64,000 nucleotides of DNA from a phage. The translations under genes were made by a program, and so were the position numbers. Below are positions 38,532 to 47,676 of the stretch, piece after piece. The notes under the pieces were generated by a model. The model did not search any database, was not told the origin of the DNA, and worked only from the letters and a program-made list of their open reading frames with translations. Position 1 is the stretch's first letter; each line of letters begins with the position of its first letter. The stretch lies in assembly GCA_032986305.1 (NCBI GenBank), contig GCA_032986305.1_3672.1, one strand, 5' to 3'.

Positions 38532-38814
38532 GAAACCTGTAAAAGAGAAATTTGATAAGACAGCTTTTGTATTCGATACACCTTTGGACGATATCATCAG
38601 AGGTATGCAAGACTTGTATCGGAAGGCTGAATCTGAGCAGCTGTCAGAATCAGAGCTTTACTGGTTGGGTTGGTGGGAGCTTAATCTACCTAAAGCTGAA
38701 AGATCTGATCTAAAAACCGTTAAAACGTGTGCCCAAGAAAATGCTGCACTTGGAATTTACCACAAAAGAAAAAGATCAACAAAAAGCTCTCCAAGAAAGA
38801 CTAAAAAGTCTTGA
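38521..38814 (+). CDS. hypothetical protein with basic C-terminal tail (97 aa)
   Basis: ORF only. Confidence 0.3.
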   Translation: MMAKKPVKEKFDKTAFVFDTPLDDIIRGMQDLYRKAESEQLSESELYWLGWWELNLPKAERSDLKTVKTCAQENAALGIYHKRKRSTKSSPRKTKKS

Positions 38815-38840
38815 CAAATGAGTCTCTGATCTGATATTAT
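38811..38840 (+). promoter_or_regulatory. sigma70-like promoter
   Basis: TTGACA-N18-TATTAT. Confidence 0.45.
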
Positions 38841-38873
38841 CAGTTAACTATTTATTAACTAGGAGAACTAGGT

Positions 38874-39182
38874 ATGCTTAAAATTTTTATTGTTGAAGAT
38901 AAAGATATCGTCCAGTTGTATGCAAATGAGAATCACAAAGGTATGATTCTGAAGAAGGCAAAAAACCTTCATGAAAACACAATTCAACCGGGTGATGTAA
39001 TTAAGATCTGTGGTTATATGATACCAGACTCCTTGATGAAAATAACCCACCACTGGGGGTCTAATCCGTTCCTTTTTGAAAAGTATTGGGATGTTGAGTC
39101 ACTTATTGCAGAGAGTGATGATGCATTTCATTACAGCATCCAACCATCTTGCAGAATAACTAACAGGAGGGGCTTTGAGTAG
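38874..39182 (+). CDS. hypothetical protein (102 aa)
   Basis: ORF with RBS. Confidence 0.3.
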   Translation: MLKIFIVEDKDIVQLYANENHKGMILKKAKNLHENTIQPGDVIKICGYMIPDSLMKITHHWGSNPFLFEKYWDVESLIAESDDAFHYSIQPSCRITNRRGFE

Positions 39183-40314
39183 AGAATATCCACTTATTGA
39201 ATCTGTAGATTGTCTTGCTGATCTTCTCGAACCTGACGCTATAGTTTATTATGACTTCGACCAGGTTGCATATCAAGCTGCGGCAAGTTGTGAAAAAAGG
39301 ACAATTGAGGTAACACACAAAGCCTCCGGACGCAAGAAGATGTTTAAAACACGAACAGAGTTCTGGGGGCGGCAGAAAAACACCGTTGGTGGTTGGTTAA
39401 AAGCTGAGAATACCAACCGTGAAGCCGCATGTAAAAAGGCTGGAAAGGAGTTTATTCCGTGGACACGCGAAGATTTCGATGTCTTGGATATCCAAACCCC
39501 TGATCCTGTAGAGAACTGCTTACACACAATTAAGTGTAAAGCTAATGCAGTTCTTAACTATCTTGGTATTCCGGAAGAGCGATGTGTCGGGGTGTTGGGA
39601 GGCACAGGTAACTTCAGACTAGATCTTCCAATGCCGGAAAGATACAAAGCCAACCGTAACAATACTCTTCGACCACTGCTGCTTGGAGATGCAAGACAGT
39701 ATCTCCAAAAGCAGTATAATGCTCAAGTGATCAACGGTATCGAGGCTGACGACTGGTTAGCTATCCAGCAATTTGAAGGTTGGAACCACTACCAAAAAAC
39801 AGGAAAGTTCAACAAGTTTATTATCTCTATTGATAAGGACCAAAGAACACTACCGGGGCTTGTGTTCGATCCTATGCGAAACGATAAGGGAGATTTTGTA
39901 AGGGAAACCCCTATGCTGATCGATAACGGTATGGGGAACATCTTCATGAAGCCTAATGGAGAGGTTGGTGGTTACGGAATGCTGTTCTTCGGATACCAAA
40001 TGCTGTGTGGTGACTCTGCTGACAATATCAAGCCGTATCAAGGACTTATCGGTAAGGGTAAGTTCGGGGATGCCTCAGCATTCTACCTACTGTCTCAGTG
40101 CAGCACTCCAAAGGAGATGTGGGTGGCTATTATTGATCAGTACAAGAAGTGGTTCCCGAAAGGTGTTGTTAAGTACACTGATTTCAATGGTATTGATCGT
40201 AGAATTTCCGTAGGTCAATGGATGAGTATAATTTTTGACTGTTTGTATATGAAGCGAACATTCAATGATCAGACAAAACTTGTTAACGTTCTTAGAAATG
40301 TTGGAGCAATTTGA
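39175..40314 (+). CDS. 5'-3' exonuclease / flap endonuclease (FEN-like)
   Basis: GIEADDWLA acidic motif and LCGDSADNIKPYQGLIGKG helix-hairpin-helix-type motif. Confidence 0.6.
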   Translation: MSREYPLIESVDCLADLLEPDAIVYYDFDQVAYQAAASCEKRTIEVTHKASGRKKMFKTRTEFWGRQKNTVGGWLKAENTNREAACKKAGKEFIPWTREDFDVLDIQTPDPVENCLHTIKCKANAVLNYLGIPEERCVGVLGGTGNFRLDLPMPERYKANRNNTLRPLLLGDARQYLQKQYNAQVINGIEADDWLAIQQFEGWNHYQKTGKFNKFIISIDKDQRTLPGLVFDPMRNDKGDFVRETPMLIDNGMGNIFMKPNGEVGGYGMLFFGYQMLCGDSADNIKPYQGLIGKGKFGDASAFYLLSQCSTPKEMWVAIIDQYKKWFPKGVVKYTDFNGIDRRISVGQWMSIIFDCLYMKRTFNDQTKLVNVLRNVGAI

Positions 40315-40646
40315 TGACTAAAAATTCTGTAGATAGTGCAATTATGGAAGCTGTTTTTGAGGATGATCATACAACAGGGACCATTAAAACAAAAAATACA
40401 TTTATTGTTGCCACAGGTATGTGGCGGTTGTATGAAGATGACACTATTGCATACATCTTGTATACTGATGATTACGCAGATGATCGTGTATGGTCTGCTG
40501 TTTTAAAAGAGGATTGTGAGCTGATTGAGGGCGAGCGGTTATGCATGTTCACCAGTGTGGAAACAGATGTTAAGCTTTGCTCTCTCGTCTTGTTCAAAGA
40601 TAAGGCTTATGCTCCTGATGAAGGAGAGGAGGATGAGGAAGCATGA
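40311..40646 (+). CDS. hypothetical acidic protein (111 aa)
   Basis: ORF only. Confidence 0.3.
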   Translation: MMTKNSVDSAIMEAVFEDDHTTGTIKTKNTFIVATGMWRLYEDDTIAYILYTDDYADDRVWSAVLKEDCELIEGERLCMFTSVETDVKLCSLVLFKDKAYAPDEGEEDEEA

Positions 40647-41272
40647 GAGAGCGCCTATTATCCATAGACCAGTCGTTGACACACACAGCTTGCGTTGTAT
40701 GGGACGATGGAAAGCCTGTTCATAAGGTTGTGTTACGAACTCAAAGCTCATCTGCAAAAGAGAAGAAACCAGGGACGGTTTCTTTTGCAACAGCTGCTGA
40801 GCGTATTGACTGGATCTGCAAACAGGTCAGATATTATATCCACACGCACGGAGTTGACACCGTGGTTATGGAAGGGCTTTCCTTTGGATCACGCGGAGAT
40901 GCCACACGTGAACTGGCCGGGTTGTTTTACGGTCTTGAAATTATGCTTTGGGATGCCTTAGCTGATTGTGAAAATGACGGCCTGTTTAAGGTCCACACAG
41001 TGACACCAACAACTGCCAAAAAGTTTGCTCGCAGTCATCTTCCTGAAGAACTTGCTTTTGAGGAGAAGAAAAAGCTTGACAAAAAGACAGGTAAAGAGCA
41101 TACTGTGAAGAAACCTGTTACAATGGATAAAAAGTTGATGGTTAAGGCCTGCGAAGTATCTGAACCGGGGTTCCTAGACGGGATCAATTTGGTACAAGGT
41201 AAGGCCGATCTCGCAGATGCTTATTGGATAGGCAGGGCTCATCTGGAGGGATTATCGCAAAGCGTAAAATAA
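40643..41272 (+). CDS. RuvC-like Holliday junction resolvase
   Basis: N-terminal LSIDQS..ACVVWD, VVMEGLSF, ADAYWIG segments matching the RNase H-fold RuvC acidic-residue pattern. Confidence 0.5.
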   Translation: MRERLLSIDQSLTHTACVVWDDGKPVHKVVLRTQSSSAKEKKPGTVSFATAAERIDWICKQVRYYIHTHGVDTVVMEGLSFGSRGDATRELAGLFYGLEIMLWDALADCENDGLFKVHTVTPTTAKKFARSHLPEELAFEEKKKLDKKTGKEHTVKKPVTMDKKLMVKACEVSEPGFLDGINLVQGKADLADAYWIGRAHLEGLSQSVK

Positions 41273-41829
41273 GAAAGAAAGCTGTCAAAGCCCCAGTTCA
41301 TAACGGGTGGTTAAAAGATTCTAAGGACATAGCCAACTTTCGAAAAGAATTGTCAGAGGAGCAGGATGGTCTTGATCCGATCTTGTGCGAGCCACTTCGT
41401 AAGCCTTGTTTAGATCATGATCATCTGACTGGTCGTTGCAGGGGTGTTTTGTCTCAGTGCACTAATACCTTTGAGGGGTATGTGCTTAAATACTGGATGA
41501 AATACTGTAACGAGTATACAGATTGCAGTTTATCAGAGGCGTTGCGCCGGATGGCTGACTATTTGGAGAAAGACTACAGCGACTTCCCGCTCCACAAAAA
41601 CTACAGAGATGATATGACAAAGTTCTTGAGGAGATGCTCTAAAGCTACGATTATTGCACGAGCAGAATCAGATCTCAATCTTGTCATTAATCCGGAGTGC
41701 ACCAAGCATGAGGCTATTGAGTTCTACATGCAGGAGTTTATAAAGAAAACTGAGGAGAGAGATTTCTATGGGGATGAAAAAGGTATTCAATCCTTGCGAC
41801 TCAGTCCTGATCAGGATGAAATACCGTAA
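41224..41829 (+). CDS. endonuclease VII-like (T4 gp49-type) junction-resolving nuclease; start uncertain
   Basis: signature ..CLDHDHLTGRCRGVLSQCTN..; annotated start is TTG overlapping upstream gene. Confidence 0.55.
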   Translation: MDRQGSSGGIIAKRKIRKKAVKAPVHNGWLKDSKDIANFRKELSEEQDGLDPILCEPLRKPCLDHDHLTGRCRGVLSQCTNTFEGYVLKYWMKYCNEYTDCSLSEALRRMADYLEKDYSDFPLHKNYRDDMTKFLRRCSKATIIARAESDLNLVINPECTKHEAIEFYMQEFIKKTEERDFYGDEKGIQSLRLSPDQDEIP

Positions 41830-41989
41830 CTGGAAAGGTGTTGTTGCAGATCGCTGCGTTACTGAGCCTAATTTATGGTTTGGCTCTACAGAGTATCATA
41901 AAGAAGAGCAGTGGTTGATGCGTGCCTTCGATGTAGACAAGGGCGAATATCGTGACTTCGCTTTAAAAGACATTCTTCAGTTTTACTAA
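41768..41989 (+). CDS. hypothetical protein (73 aa)
   Basis: ORF only. Confidence 0.3.
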   Translation: MGMKKVFNPCDSVLIRMKYRNWKGVVADRCVTEPNLWFGSTEYHKEEQWLMRAFDVDKGEYRDFALKDILQFY

Positions 41990-42001
41990 GGAATCTTAAC
42001 G

Positions 42002-42985
42002 ATGATGACAAAGTTAACTCTTGAGCAAATTTTAACACTAAAGCAACAGGGATACACTAATAGACAAATTGCTCGTGAATTTTTAGGCCGTGAGTCACGT
42101 GAGAGCTGGATCCGACTACAGCTTAAACGTGCACAAGAGAATATGTCAGAGATTGTAGGAGAAGCAACGGAGCGCTTCCTTGAAGAGCACAAAGGTGCTA
42201 AAGTTTGGGTGTATGATACAGAGACATCCCCAACAAACGGCTGGTTCTTTGGGCACTATAAGACCAACATTCAAACCTGTGGTATTGAAGTTATGCCTTA
42301 TATGCTAACTTTCGCAGGTAAGTGGTTAGACAGCCCTAGTGTGGTTGACTGCGCTCTTCCAGATTACAAAATGTGGGATGAGGATATTCACAATGATCTC
42401 GAATTGATTCAGGATTTGTGGTATTATCTGGATAAATGCGATGTCGCAGTAGCCCACAATTCAGGTTTTGACTGCGGGTGGGCCAACCAACGATTTGCAT
42501 TTCACGGGTTGCCTCCAACAAGCCCCTACAAAGATGTTGACACCCTTAAAATGATCAAAAAGGCATTCCGTTTGAATGCAAACACTTTGGAGTATGCATG
42601 CAAATACTTCCAACTGGCCCGACAGAAACTGATTGATCACACATTTGAAATGTGGATCAAGTGTGTCCATGGCGATCTTGAGGCATTTAAACAGATGCGG
42701 GAGTATAATGTTGGTGATATCCTGTCTCTGGAAGGACTGTATTTGCTGGCTCGCCCGTTTGCTAAGCAGCACCCAAACATGTCATTGTACTACCAGGACG
42801 AGGAGCCAAAGGTTCGTTGCCCACGCTGTGGTGGAGAACACTTTCACGAGGAAGAAGCTTTGGCATATACTCAGCTGAGTGCATTTAAAACATACCGCTG
42901 CGAAGGTTGTGGATCTGTTGTTCGTGACCGTAACAACATCCGTACCAGAGAAGAAATGAAAAACACCCTGATTCAGATAATCTAA
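42002..42985 (+). CDS. DEDD-type 3'-5' exonuclease with N-terminal HTH and C-terminal zinc ribbon
   Basis: HTH-like GYTNRQIAREF; exonuclease motifs VWVYDTETS, AHNSGFDCGW, YNVGDILSLEGLY; CPRCGG..CEGCG. Confidence 0.5.
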   Translation: MMTKLTLEQILTLKQQGYTNRQIAREFLGRESRESWIRLQLKRAQENMSEIVGEATERFLEEHKGAKVWVYDTETSPTNGWFFGHYKTNIQTCGIEVMPYMLTFAGKWLDSPSVVDCALPDYKMWDEDIHNDLELIQDLWYYLDKCDVAVAHNSGFDCGWANQRFAFHGLPPTSPYKDVDTLKMIKKAFRLNANTLEYACKYFQLARQKLIDHTFEMWIKCVHGDLEAFKQMREYNVGDILSLEGLYLLARPFAKQHPNMSLYYQDEEPKVRCPRCGGEHFHEEEALAYTQLSAFKTYRCEGCGSVVRDRNNIRTREEMKNTLIQII

Positions 42986-42993
42986 CAATTATA

Positions 42994-43021
42994 GGGAGGC
43001 TTGCGCCTCCCTTTTCCTTTT
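42994..43021 (+). terminator. intrinsic terminator
   Basis: GGGAGGC-TTGC-GCCTCCC then TTTTCCTTTT. Confidence 0.55.
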
Positions 43022-43030
43022 GGAGGCACT

Positions 43031-43849
43031 TTGAGCAAGAAAGAGTCCAACGACAAATATTACACAAACCCTGAGTATGCAGAATATCTTGTTGGTAAAG
43101 TAAAAGACAAGTATGGGAATTGTGCATACGTTGAGCCTTCTGCTGGAAGGGGTTCTTTTTCAAAACTATTTTCAAAGATACTGTCGTACGATCTAGTACC
43201 AGATCCTGAATTTGAAGGACCAACACAGTGCATTCAGGCAAACTTCTTGGAGGTGCATCCCAAGGCAGATGTCTTCATAGGTAACCCACCATTTGGCAAG
43301 AATTCATCTTTAGCTTGCAAATTCTTTAACCATTGTGCATCATTGCTAGAGCTTGGCGGGGCTATAGCCTTCATATTGCCACGGACATTTGAAAAAATAT
43401 TTTTTGCAAACAAACTGGACATGTCTATGCACCTTGTCTACAGCGAAAGGTGCCCTAAGAACTCGTTTTTACTTAATGGCAAACCTTACGACGTGCCATG
43501 TGTTTTCCAAATTTGGGAGAAAAAGGCGTGCAATAGGGATCCTGTAGAGATTGGAGAGAATAAGTTATTTTCTTTTAGCACTCCAGATGACTACGACTTC
43601 TGTGTAAGACGTGTTGGGTATAATGCTGGAAAAGTATTGGGGGATGATGACCCAAAATCTGAAGAATCGACATATTTCATAAAATCTTTAGTTGACGGTG
43701 TTGACAGAGTGTTTGCCGAATGCTATTCTTCTTTTCAAGAAGAAGCAGGTAAGACTGCTGGAATGAAGAGTATAGGCAAGAAAGAACTACAATACATTTT
43801 GGAGACCCGGTATGATCAAAAGCATAGACTTGACCAAAGAACTTACTGA
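43031..43849 (+). CDS. DNA N6-adenine methyltransferase (TTG start after terminator)
   Basis: motif IV FIGNPPFG, motif I-like EPSAGRGSF. Confidence 0.55.
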   Translation: MSKKESNDKYYTNPEYAEYLVGKVKDKYGNCAYVEPSAGRGSFSKLFSKILSYDLVPDPEFEGPTQCIQANFLEVHPKADVFIGNPPFGKNSSLACKFFNHCASLLELGGAIAFILPRTFEKIFFANKLDMSMHLVYSERCPKNSFLLNGKPYDVPCVFQIWEKKACNRDPVEIGENKLFSFSTPDDYDFCVRRVGYNAGKVLGDDDPKSEESTYFIKSLVDGVDRVFAECYSSFQEEAGKTAGMKSIGKKELQYILETRYDQKHRLDQRTY

Positions 43850-44270
43850 TGCAAAAGCTTTTGGTGAGACAGCGGTACAAAGAGGCCAGGCGATGGGACT
43901 GGCACTACCTTTCGTCTTAAAAGAGCACTTTACAGATTTTCAACTTATCAAAGGTGATAAGGGAATGCTTATCCTGGAGCATAAGTTGAGTAAGAAACGC
44001 TACAAAGTTGTTTTTAATTCTAAAGCCCCAACAAAACTTGGATTCAGAACTTACAATCTCAACCCATCCTATACTAAGGGTGTTGGAAGGGTAGAACAAC
44101 AGCATTTCAGTGCTAGAGCTTCTTTAGCCCCTTTGATGCTAAATTTCTCAGGGGTGGCTTTAGGATACCTTGATAAGAAAAGAGTTCTTCATGTCCGTTT
44201 CACAGACTTTGTAACGCTTTTAGCTAACAACGAAGTTGATGAAAAGGGACGTGTAAAAACAAACTTCTAA
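43812..44270 (+). CDS. hypothetical protein (152 aa)
   Basis: ORF only. Confidence 0.3.
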   Translation: MIKSIDLTKELTDAKAFGETAVQRGQAMGLALPFVLKEHFTDFQLIKGDKGMLILEHKLSKKRYKVVFNSKAPTKLGFRTYNLNPSYTKGVGRVEQQHFSARASLAPLMLNFSGVALGYLDKKRVLHVRFTDFVTLLANNEVDEKGRVKTNF

Positions 44271-44285
44271 TAACGCATAGTATGA

Positions 44286-44489
44286 TTGGAGACCGCAATG
44301 ACACTAAAGTTAACAATTACAGACAGCTTTTCAGAAAACTTTATCCCAGAAATGATGGGTAAGATGCGATCATTGCTTGATCAGATTGAGGAAGCTGTTT
44401 GGGAAGACGATGCTGTAGTGGCTAACGAGCTAGTAGATAAGTGTAAAAGTATTATTGATGCAGTTGAAGAATATCACGGAGGTTTTTGA
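44286..44489 (+). CDS. hypothetical acidic protein (67 aa)
   Basis: ORF with RBS. Confidence 0.3.
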   Translation: METAMTLKLTITDSFSENFIPEMMGKMRSLLDQIEEAVWEDDAVVANELVDKCKSIIDAVEEYHGGF

Positions 44490-45103
44490 TGGATATTATT
44501 GTTCTTAACGCCCCACCTAGCAGCGGCAAGGATCACATTGCAGATCTCTTGTTGGAAGCTATTCCTAACTCACACCACCGTGAGGTTAAGGAGATGCTCT
44601 TCAGTGTGGCAATTAAGGCAGCTGGTGTAACTCCTCAACTCTGGAATGCACTTTATGACCGCCACTACAAAGAAGAGCCTTGCCCTTTCTTAATGATAGA
44701 CGGCAAGCATGTTTCTCCGCGAGAGTGGATGATCCATTGTAGTGAAAATCTGATTAAACCTATCTTTGGTGAAGATGCTTTCGGTAAGGCCGCAGTCACA
44801 TCCTTGAAGAAAGATTTCCCTAAAGGTAAAGGGGTTGTTGTTTACTCCGATGGTGGATTCAAAGAGGAGCTGGCATGCCTTAGTGAGTACGCATACAGCA
44901 CAGGTGGAGATCTGTTGTTGTTCCGTATTCACCGTGTCGGATATGACTGGGGAAATGATTCCAGAACCTATCTAAGCCTGGAAAAGAACGGAATAAAAGG
45001 GATTGAGTTCGATGTTGTAAATCCTGAAGGTGCACCTTGGGAATGTGCATCGGAGATTGTGTGCAAGTATATTGATGCTAAAGAGGCCCAAGAAGAATGT
45101 TAA
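44486..45103 (+). CDS. P-loop nucleotide kinase-like protein (possible dNMP kinase)
   Basis: N-terminal ..IVLNAPPSSGKD.. P-loop-like; in nucleotide metabolism cluster. Confidence 0.4.
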   Translation: MMDIIVLNAPPSSGKDHIADLLLEAIPNSHHREVKEMLFSVAIKAAGVTPQLWNALYDRHYKEEPCPFLMIDGKHVSPREWMIHCSENLIKPIFGEDAFGKAAVTSLKKDFPKGKGVVVYSDGGFKEELACLSEYAYSTGGDLLLFRIHRVGYDWGNDSRTYLSLEKNGIKGIEFDVVNPEGAPWECASEIVCKYIDAKEAQEEC

Positions 45104-45690
45104 TCGGAATTGATGTAGATTTGACACTGGTAGATTCAGGAACAGCATGGTGGGAGTGGTTGGAGCGTTTGTATGGTCCAGCCAGTAAGACAGTCGTTAA
45201 ACCTTCTAATGGGCTGATGTATTACGATCTGTCAAAGTATTGGCCTGATCGCCCCAAAGAAAACATCATAGGACCTTTTGATTTCTGGAGTGATCCGTTC
45301 CTCTACGACTTTCTTAAGCCTGAAGAGGGGGCTATTGAGGTTATGAAAGATTTGGTGGCTCGCGGTCACAAGCTCGCATTTATCTCGGTATGCAAGAAAG
45401 GTCACCTTGCATCTAAATCAAGGTTCTTAAAGCGCTGGACCAGTGATTTTATGGATCTGGATGATCACACCCAGGGTCACGGCTTCTACGCCACACATTT
45501 CAAAGGTAATGTGGCTGTAGATGTTATAATTGATGACAGGCATGAATACCTGAACCAATTCGCTTCACGACCTGAAGTTATTAAAATCCTAAAAGACACG
45601 CCTTATGAGCAATTCGAAGAGTTAAAGGTCAGTGTTGACTATACCGCTAATAGCTGGTATAAAATAGGAAAGTTTTTAGAAGGTATTTGA
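45097..45690 (+). CDS. HAD-superfamily phosphatase (possible 5'-nucleotidase)
   Basis: N-terminal DxDxT motif (GIDVDLTLVD). Confidence 0.45.
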   Translation: MLIGIDVDLTLVDSGTAWWEWLERLYGPASKTVVKPSNGLMYYDLSKYWPDRPKENIIGPFDFWSDPFLYDFLKPEEGAIEVMKDLVARGHKLAFISVCKKGHLASKSRFLKRWTSDFMDLDDHTQGHGFYATHFKGNVAVDVIIDDRHEYLNQFASRPEVIKILKDTPYEQFEELKVSVDYTANSWYKIGKFLEGI

Positions 45691-45691
45691 A

Positions 45692-45892
45692 ATGGGCAGA
45701 TGTTCTAAAGGTGGCGATCCTGTAGTCAGATACGGTGACTGGCTAGAGGTGTATGATCTGGGAGGTAAGCTGGTGTATGCCTCCAGGATCACCCAAGACA
45801 TGTGCTCCGATATGTTCAACAGATACCTTGCATTTAAGGCTAACATAAACCCAGACGAAATTTCCAAAATTAAAACAAGGAGAGCTAAATAA
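45692..45892 (+). CDS. hypothetical protein (66 aa)
   Basis: ORF only. Confidence 0.3.
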   Translation: MGRCSKGGDPVVRYGDWLEVYDLGGKLVYASRITQDMCSDMFNRYLAFKANINPDEISKIKTRRAK

Positions 45893-46875
45893 TGCTAAAA
45901 CTGTGCACTGCAAAGATCATTGCTGACAGCATTTCCGAGAAAGGTAAGCGTATCACCACTTTTGAGCTAGAGTATCCTCGAATTATTCACTCAGAGCTTA
46001 TGACACATCGAGTGTTCAGCCGAAACGCCATGTCTTCCCGTGCAGTGCCTGTAGGCAAGATGCTACAACAGATTGTGGAGAATCCGGCAATGCCAGTTCG
46101 CTTCGGTGTAAATAAGCGAGGGATGGAAGATGGTGGGAAGCACGATCAAAAGATCCGTGTAGAGTACACCGACATGGAGCTAACTCCTGAAGAGTTTTGG
46201 AAAGAAGCTGCAAAAAACGCCGCTTGGCATGCAGAGAAGTTCGCCCTTGCTGGTTACCATAAGCAAGTATGTAACCGCTTAGTGGAGCCGTTTCAGCGCA
46301 TGAAAACAGTTGTAACAAGCACAGAGTGGAATAATTTCTTCCATCTCCGTTGTTGGCACGATGCTGACCCTACTATTCAGATGTTGGCTAATTGCATGTG
46401 GGAGGCTCTTATGAATAGCACTCCTGAAATCCTTAAACCGGGTCAATGGCACACTCCATATGTAGAGCACGTTTATTTGGACGGAGAGTTTAACTACGCT
46501 GTACGTGACACAGAAGGAAAGCTCTGTATTCTCGATACTAAAGAAGCTCTGTCTATTAGTGCTAGTTGCTGTGCACAAGTATCTTATCGAAATATTGACA
46601 GCACGTTTGAAAAGGCAGATAGTGTGGCTAAAAAATTGATTGGTGGGGATCGTATTCATGCAAGCCCTTACGAGCACCAGGCAACACCTATGGATCACGA
46701 TAACGCAATGGAACGTTTAAACTACTATCTATCTTCATGTGAAATCACACAAGACAGCTGTGTTTGGCAGGAAGGTGTAACCCATCAAGACCGTGATGGT
46801 AAATTCTGGTCTGCCAACTTTTGTGGGTGGGTTCAGCACAGACAACTGCTTAATAACCACTTTGTGAAAGGTTAA
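45892..46875 (+). CDS. thyX: flavin-dependent thymidylate synthase ThyX
   Basis: ThyX signature ..MTHRVFSRNAMSSRA.. (RHR-x-S-type motif); ~330 aa. Confidence 0.8.
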   Translation: MLKLCTAKIIADSISEKGKRITTFELEYPRIIHSELMTHRVFSRNAMSSRAVPVGKMLQQIVENPAMPVRFGVNKRGMEDGGKHDQKIRVEYTDMELTPEEFWKEAAKNAAWHAEKFALAGYHKQVCNRLVEPFQRMKTVVTSTEWNNFFHLRCWHDADPTIQMLANCMWEALMNSTPEILKPGQWHTPYVEHVYLDGEFNYAVRDTEGKLCILDTKEALSISASCCAQVSYRNIDSTFEKADSVAKKLIGGDRIHASPYEHQATPMDHDNAMERLNYYLSSCEITQDSCVWQEGVTHQDRDGKFWSANFCGWVQHRQLLNNHFVKG

Positions 46876-46904
46876 TCCTATCACAGCGATAGGTAACTTT
46901 TGTG

Positions 46905-46933
46905 TTGACTAATAGTATCAGATAGTCTATAAT
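46905..46933 (+). promoter_or_regulatory. sigma70-like promoter
   Basis: TTGACT-N17-TATAAT. Confidence 0.5.
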
Positions 46934-46973
46934 AATGGCTCACTTTGTTGGTGAGCCAGAAATGGAGACAGAT

Positions 46974-47435
46974 ATGAGTAATGTTATGATTCCTAAAAAG
47001 ACATTTATTTCAGTTACTTTAGATTTCCTAGCTACCGTCCCTGGGTTTAACGTTCGCACACGAAACGGTCTCCGAGCTGCACTCTTCACCGTAGGGTTTG
47101 ATTTAAAAAATATTGATGTTCTTCGTGGAAAAAACGTTAGATGCAAAAATAAGCCAACCCATTATCGAAAGGCAGATGTATTTGCTGGTGTCATGCGTGC
47201 AGACTTTAGATACCCACAAATGTATAACGGTGTAGATATTTTAGATGTAGATAAAGCACCTGGTGAGGCAATGCTTGTTCAAGATCTTCCGTATGATATC
47301 TCTGTAGAGGATCGTGTTAATGTAAGAAAGTATACAAAACAATCTGAAAAGGCTGAAGATATTCATATTGTTGATGAACCTTTCAATTTTGAAGATCTGC
47401 ATCGCCTGGAAAAATTATTCGGTATTGAAAGCTAA
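46974..47435 (+). CDS. hypothetical protein (start at ATG after promoter)
   Basis: ORF track start 46935 would precede the predicted transcription start; MSNVMIPKK start has GGAGA RBS. Confidence 0.3.
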   Translation: MSNVMIPKKTFISVTLDFLATVPGFNVRTRNGLRAALFTVGFDLKNIDVLRGKNVRCKNKPTHYRKADVFAGVMRADFRYPQMYNGVDILDVDKAPGEAMLVQDLPYDISVEDRVNVRKYTKQSEKAEDIHIVDEPFNFEDLHRLEKLFGIES

Positions 47436-47445
47436 GGTGGTGAAG

Positions 47446-47676
47446 ATGAGTCATAACTCCAAGTGGAAGGATCTTGGTTTTGCAAGTCGGGCAGAATATG
47501 TTGGTTGGCTTTGGTTCAACGGCCTGACAAACGATATTAAAATGTATGATGATGTTTATTATGATGAGTATACAGGTAAAATTATAAATATCTCTGTAGA
47601 AGAGGATACCTTTATTCAGCAAGATACTGATACCTGCCTTGATAAATACGTTAATGAAGTGGAGGAAGCAAATTGA
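47446..47676 (+). CDS. hypothetical protein (76 aa)
   Basis: AAGGTGGTG RBS before MSHNSKW. Confidence 0.3.
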   Translation: MSHNSKWKDLGFASRAEYVGWLWFNGLTNDIKMYDDVYYDEYTGKIINISVEEDTFIQQDTDTCLDKYVNEVEEAN

